A stretch of 64,000 bases of DNA from Alphaproteobacteria bacterium (GTDB lineage Bacteria > Pseudomonadota > Alphaproteobacteria > GM7ARS4 > G965262615). The stretch lies in the NCBI GenBank assembly GCA_965262615.1, contig OZ253545.1, positions 864,001 to 928,000 of the forward strand, written 5' to 3'. The translations under genes were made by a program, and so were the position numbers. The notes under the pieces are model-generated. The model did no database searches. It saw only the letters and a program-made list of their open reading frames with translations, and was not told the DNA's origin. Of this stretch, positions 60,037 to 64,000 are shown in pieces (position 1 is the stretch's first letter; each line of letters starts with the position of its first letter).

Positions 60037-62271
60037 ATGCCGCAGGTTACTTCTCATAATGCCATGATGTCTCATATTGCGCGCTTGCCCGATAGCGATC
60101 GCAAGGTTTCATTTACGAAAAACAATGGAAAATGGCAGATGCAGTCGCAATCGGTGTGGAAGAAATTCTCGGTGACGGTGGCGCGCACATTGGGACGAAA
60201 AACCGATAATTATCAACAAGACCATCGCAATTTTTCGGAATTTCTCAAAGCATCATACGGCGGAAGAAATGCCATCCAAGCGTGGATTAAAGCCGACATT
60301 GATACGAATCAACCCTTGACTCAGCGGCATGTAAAACGGCTCGTGACACTGGCACAGCAGCAGCACTCCAATCAAGTGCGAAGGAACATAGAATTTTTTG
60401 ACTCTCCTTCTTTCAGTTCGCAATTGGTGAGTCCTCGCAGCAAGCCTTTGGGCAAGGCGCAAAATCAATTATTTGCTTTGCAACTGAAAGGTGAGGCATG
60501 GAAAAATCCCACCGCCAGTGTGACCGATGTGATGGTGGGACCAGCCTTCAATGGGCTGAAACAGGTGCGAGGGACATCAAACACCCAAAGCCAACGCATT
60601 TTGGATCGCTACGGCGAATTGAAACAAGCCGTGCGAGATTTGACAGAAAGCATCGCCGAGGATGATCACAGTGCATTGGCAACGCAATTGAAAGAAGTCA
60701 ATAGGGCAAGAGCCAATCTGGTGGCTCAAATGGACAATGCAGGACAGCCCGCATTGTTGGGTAAAAATGAAAAAGAACTGGTCGCCTTAGCGTTCAAGGA
60801 TGTGGCGTTTGAAAAAAACGATGCCACATGGGCTGAACGGGTGTCTCGCAGGAGCGGTGAACTAGACACAGTGTTGGATGATGCCGCCACACGAGCCAAA
60901 GGCGATGGCGCAAGGGTCGGCTCGGATGCAACGGGGTTTGTTCAAGCCAAAAACATCGTGTCGGTTTTAAGGGAGGAAACTCATGGTCATTCCTCGTTGC
61001 AGAAATTTGTGTCATCATCACCACAGAACGGGCAGCGGGCGCGTGCGGCTTTTGTGCAAAAGCGCACCCTTCTTGCCAATCAATTGATTGGGTCTTATGG
61101 CATTGGCTCGGACAAAGAATCGGCACGAGCCAGTGCGAGTTCTACGGCACACATCATGAACGCCGCCGCTGAGGCACTGCGTAACGGCGAGCCTTTGCCT
61201 CGCGCTTTGCGCATTGATGGCAACAGCAACGACCAAGAAATCACCAATGGGGTGAATGTCATGGCAAAGGGGGTCATGGATGCCTATCACGGCAGCAATA
61301 CATATCAAAGAGTGAGCCAGCTGCGAAAAGAGGTGCGAGGCATAGAGCAACAAATGGAGACCCTCAAAAGCCGTGACTCCGTCACATACGAAGCACAAAG
61401 GGGAGACATGCTTCAAGGGGTGTTGCAAAGAGAAAATGAGATTGACGGCTTGCTCGCCAATTATTTTGCTGGAGACACGCAGTACAGACAGACCTATAAC
61501 GCATTGAATAATCTGCATGATGCCGCCACATCGGTTTCTCATCCTCTCGCCTCTCATACGGCGGTGTTATTGGACTATCTTCAACCGAGTCGGCTTGGGT
61601 CTCTGCCCCAAGGCGTTCGGTGGCGCGCGAGCGGGGGACAGACCCAAGCCACCGTTGCCAGCCATTCTTTTTCCGAGCAACAGTATGACCATGAATTGCG
61701 TCATAATTTTCTCAAAGAGCCTACGGATGCCCAATTGGCTGAGGAGTGGGGCGTGTCTTCGTTATTTCTCGCTGATGCCAATCGTCAAAGAGCCGTGTTG
61801 CACGATGAAAACGGGGAAAGTGTTGATATCCTCAAATTGGCGAGCGGTGATGAAAACCCCAGCCGATCTCGTGTCGCCGCCGATGCGTTGGTCAATTTTA
61901 CGGGAGGCAATAAGGAGGTGTCGCTGTATTTGTCGCGCTTTTTGGGTCAATCGCTGGGCAATGCGGCTCATAAGGGAATTCTTTCGGGCGGTGAGTTTAG
62001 CTCCTTCACCACAGGGGGTCGTCTGGCGGTGGGCATCAGTGGCGGCAACAGAGGGGAAAAGCCCGACATGGAGGTGACAAAAACAGGCGACGAGAGCTAT
62101 CAATTGCGCTATCAGCGTTCGTTTCAATTGTCGAGCATTGGCGGTGACATTGAATTTAACAATAATTCCAACATGAACCTTGATGTCACCATTGATATTT
62201 TTCGCAATGACAATGGCACAATGGATTTTACCGTGCAGGATGCCAGCAATGACACCGAGGTCACCTTTTGA
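60037..62271 (+). CDS. Large orphan protein, candidate secreted effector with an SptP-like chaperone-binding segment
   Basis: 744-aa ORF, no Sec signal, S/Q/N-rich, coiled coils; FSEFLKASYGG...IDTNQPLTQR near the N-terminus. Confidence 0.65.
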   Translation: MPQVTSHNAMMSHIARLPDSDRKVSFTKNNGKWQMQSQSVWKKFSVTVARTLGRKTDNYQQDHRNFSEFLKASYGGRNAIQAWIKADIDTNQPLTQRHVKRLVTLAQQQHSNQVRRNIEFFDSPSFSSQLVSPRSKPLGKAQNQLFALQLKGEAWKNPTASVTDVMVGPAFNGLKQVRGTSNTQSQRILDRYGELKQAVRDLTESIAEDDHSALATQLKEVNRARANLVAQMDNAGQPALLGKNEKELVALAFKDVAFEKNDATWAERVSRRSGELDTVLDDAATRAKGDGARVGSDATGFVQAKNIVSVLREETHGHSSLQKFVSSSPQNGQRARAAFVQKRTLLANQLIGSYGIGSDKESARASASSTAHIMNAAAEALRNGEPLPRALRIDGNSNDQEITNGVNVMAKGVMDAYHGSNTYQRVSQLRKEVRGIEQQMETLKSRDSVTYEAQRGDMLQGVLQRENEIDGLLANYFAGDTQYRQTYNALNNLHDAATSVSHPLASHTAVLLDYLQPSRLGSLPQGVRWRASGGQTQATVASHSFSEQQYDHELRHNFLKEPTDAQLAEEWGVSSLFLADANRQRAVLHDENGESVDILKLASGDENPSRSRVAADALVNFTGGNKEVSLYLSRFLGQSLGNAAHKGILSGGEFSSFTTGGRLAVGISGGNRGEKPDMEVTKTGDESYQLRYQRSFQLSSIGGDIEFNNNSNMNLDVTIDIFRNDNGTMDFTVQDASNDTEVTF

Positions 62272-62660
62272 GTGAGCCGCGCGTTGTGTCCTTTGTGGTG
62301 CGGCGTGACTTTGATTCTCTGGCATCATTGCTCACTCAAGTGGGTGACTGGTGCGGAGGCGGTGGCATTGCCGACAATGACCAAAGACGATTATTGATTG
62401 TGTTGGATGAGTGTTTGTCTAATGTGATTCGTCATGGCTCAGGGATTGATGTCCATGTGCGTCTGCGTCAGGGCGTGAGGTTTCTGTATGTGTTGATTGT
62501 GGACAAAGCCCCTCCTTTTTCACCGCAATTGCGTCCGTCTCATCATAGTGAAGAAGGCGGGCGCGGGTTGTTGTTGGTTGATTCGCTGACGGCGCGCTGT
62601 CACCACCGACGCTTGCGCGCGGGCAATGGTCTGTTATTGACGCATTGTCTTAGTGTTTGA
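62268..62660 (+). CDS. RsbW-like anti-sigma factor / HATPase domain protein
   Basis: LDECLSNVIRHG, IVDKAPPF and EGGRGLLLVDSL motifs. Confidence 0.82.
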   Translation: MSEPRVVSFVVRRDFDSLASLLTQVGDWCGGGGIADNDQRRLLIVLDECLSNVIRHGSGIDVHVRLRQGVRFLYVLIVDKAPPFSPQLRPSHHSEEGGRGLLLVDSLTARCHHRRLRAGNGLLLTHCLSV

Positions 62661-62663
62661 GCA

Positions 62664-64000
62664 TCAGTGTTTGAAGTGTCTGTTGGGAGCAAACACGAGG
62701 GTGATGCCATATTTCTCGCAAGCGGCGATGACATCCTTGTCGCGCATTGAGCCGCCACTGGCGATGATGGTTTGAATTCCTGCATCGGCGGCGACTTCAA
62801 TGGCATCAGCAAAAGGAAAGAAGGCATCGGAAGCCAGCGTTGACTTGTGGAGGGATTTTTTACCGTGATGGAATTGAGCTTGATTCACGGCGTGTCGCAG
62901 GGCATCAATGCGGCTGGTTGCGCCGCCGCCGATGCCGATGGTTTGTCCGTGTTGCGTGATGACAATGCCATTGGAGCGCACATGCCGCACCAAATGCCAC
63001 GCCCATGCCAGCTCTTTTTGTTGAGGGTCAGTAAGAGCCTCGCCCGTTTGTTGTCGCCAGTGACGGGGATTATCTGGTTTTTGGTCATTGCTTTGCAAAA
63101 GATAACCGCCGCGCACACTGCGAATGTGCCAAGCAGTCTTGTCAGCCGCAAACAACGCCTCATCGCTCAGCACTCGGAGATTGCTGCGCCCCGCAAAAAC
63201 AGCAAGGGCATCGTCATCAATGGCGGGGGCAAGAATGACCTCAAAAAAACTCTGCGTGATGAGTTTCGCACATGACTTTGTGCATGGGCGATTGAGGGCA
63301 ATGATGCCGCCGAAGGCACTGGTGGGGTCGGCGGCAATGGCTTTGTGCAAAGCCTCATCAATGGAGTCATCGCGCGCCGCACCACACAAGGTGGCGTGTT
63401 TGATGATGGCGGCGGCGGCATCATGGTCACACACCACGGCAAGGGCGGCATCGGTGTCATGAATGTTGTTCCAAGAGAGCTCCTTGCCTTGATGACGCGT
63501 GGCATGGGCTACCGATGGCGGCGCGCTCTCATAAAAGCCGCCTTTTTGATGAGGATTTTCGCCATAGCGAGTTTTTTGAAACAAAGGCGCACCAATGGAA
63601 AGCATGGGCGGCAGCTCATCGGTGGTATCATCATCAGCGAGCCATGGTTTGAGCCACTGAGCGACATCATGGTCGTAGCGTTGAGTGTGAGCAAAGGCGA
63701 TGGCGGCACACCGCCTGCGATAGGAGAATGTTGTCTGACCGTTATTCTCATTGAGCTGCGCGAGAAATTCATCATACTGATGAGGATGGCACAGCACCGT
63801 CACGCGCGCATGGTTTTTGGCGGCGGCACGAATCAATGCGGGTCCGCCGATGTCAATCCATTCAATCAAGGAGTCATCATCGTGTGAGCGGCGTTGTTGA
63901 GCAAATGGATACAGATTCACCACCACCAGATCAATGGGAACGGCATTAAGAGACTTGAGGTCGCGCGCATCATTGTCATCATTGGGACGCGCCAGAATAC
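62664..64000 (-). CDS. purH: Bifunctional AICAR transformylase/IMP cyclohydrolase (5' part outside the window)
   Basis: IDLVVVNLYPF, IDIGGPALIRAAAKN, RYGENPHQ, ASDAFFPF and RHFKH motifs; frame stays open to the window edge. Confidence 0.96.
   Translation of the reverse strand, partial: ILARPNDDNDARDLKSLNAVPIDLVVVNLYPFAQQRRSHDDDSLIEWIDIGGPALIRAAAKNHARVTVLCHPHQYDEFLAQLNENNGQTTFSYRRRCAAIAFAHTQRYDHDVAQWLKPWLADDDTTDELPPMLSIGAPLFQKTRYGENPHQKGGFYESAPPSVAHATRHQGKELSWNNIHDTDAALAVVCDHDAAAAIIKHATLCGAARDDSIDEALHKAIAADPTSAFGGIIALNRPCTKSCAKLITQSFFEVILAPAIDDDALAVFAGRSNLRVLSDEALFAADKTAWHIRSVRGGYLLQSNDQKPDNPRHWRQQTGEALTDPQQKELAWAWHLVRHVRSNGIVITQHGQTIGIGGGATSRIDALRHAVNQAQFHHGKKSLHKSTLASDAFFPFADAIEVAADAGIQTIIASGGSMRDKDVIAACEKYGITLVFAPNRHFKH

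Overview
Gene-dense window from an alphaproteobacterial chromosome, judged from the ccr/ecm/mcd ethylmalonyl-CoA genes, the coxB-coxA-ctaB-small ORF-ctaG-coxC-surf1 order, lpxC-bamD-recN-ligA and an alpha-type tRNA-Met. Secreted ankyrin and Sel1 proteins and an effector-like ORF suggest a host-associated lifestyle (inference). Most genes are housekeeping. Accessory features: (1) an AT-rich islet after acpS with a Panacea/DUF4065 antitoxin pair, three copies of a covarying structured RNA resembling phage C4/CI antisense RNAs (one copy has its own promoter and antisense sites, one over the RBS of a small secreted YHYH protein), and repeated acpS 3' ends; (2) a DNA methyltransferase-HNH fusion between ccr and ecm; (3) six tandem mosaic GT-A glycosyltransferase paralogs; (4) a DUF2335-type pair broken by an 11-bp duplication; (5) an intact McrB-like ORF with eroded catalytic motifs, coupled to a Sel1 gene; (6) a 744-aa orphan with an SptP-like chaperone-binding segment. 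Short tandem duplications recur across the window (acpS, surf1, gpx, murJ/trpS, pepP, GT array), and murJ has a 1-bp frameshift. All family assignments come from recognising motifs by eye, not from database searches.
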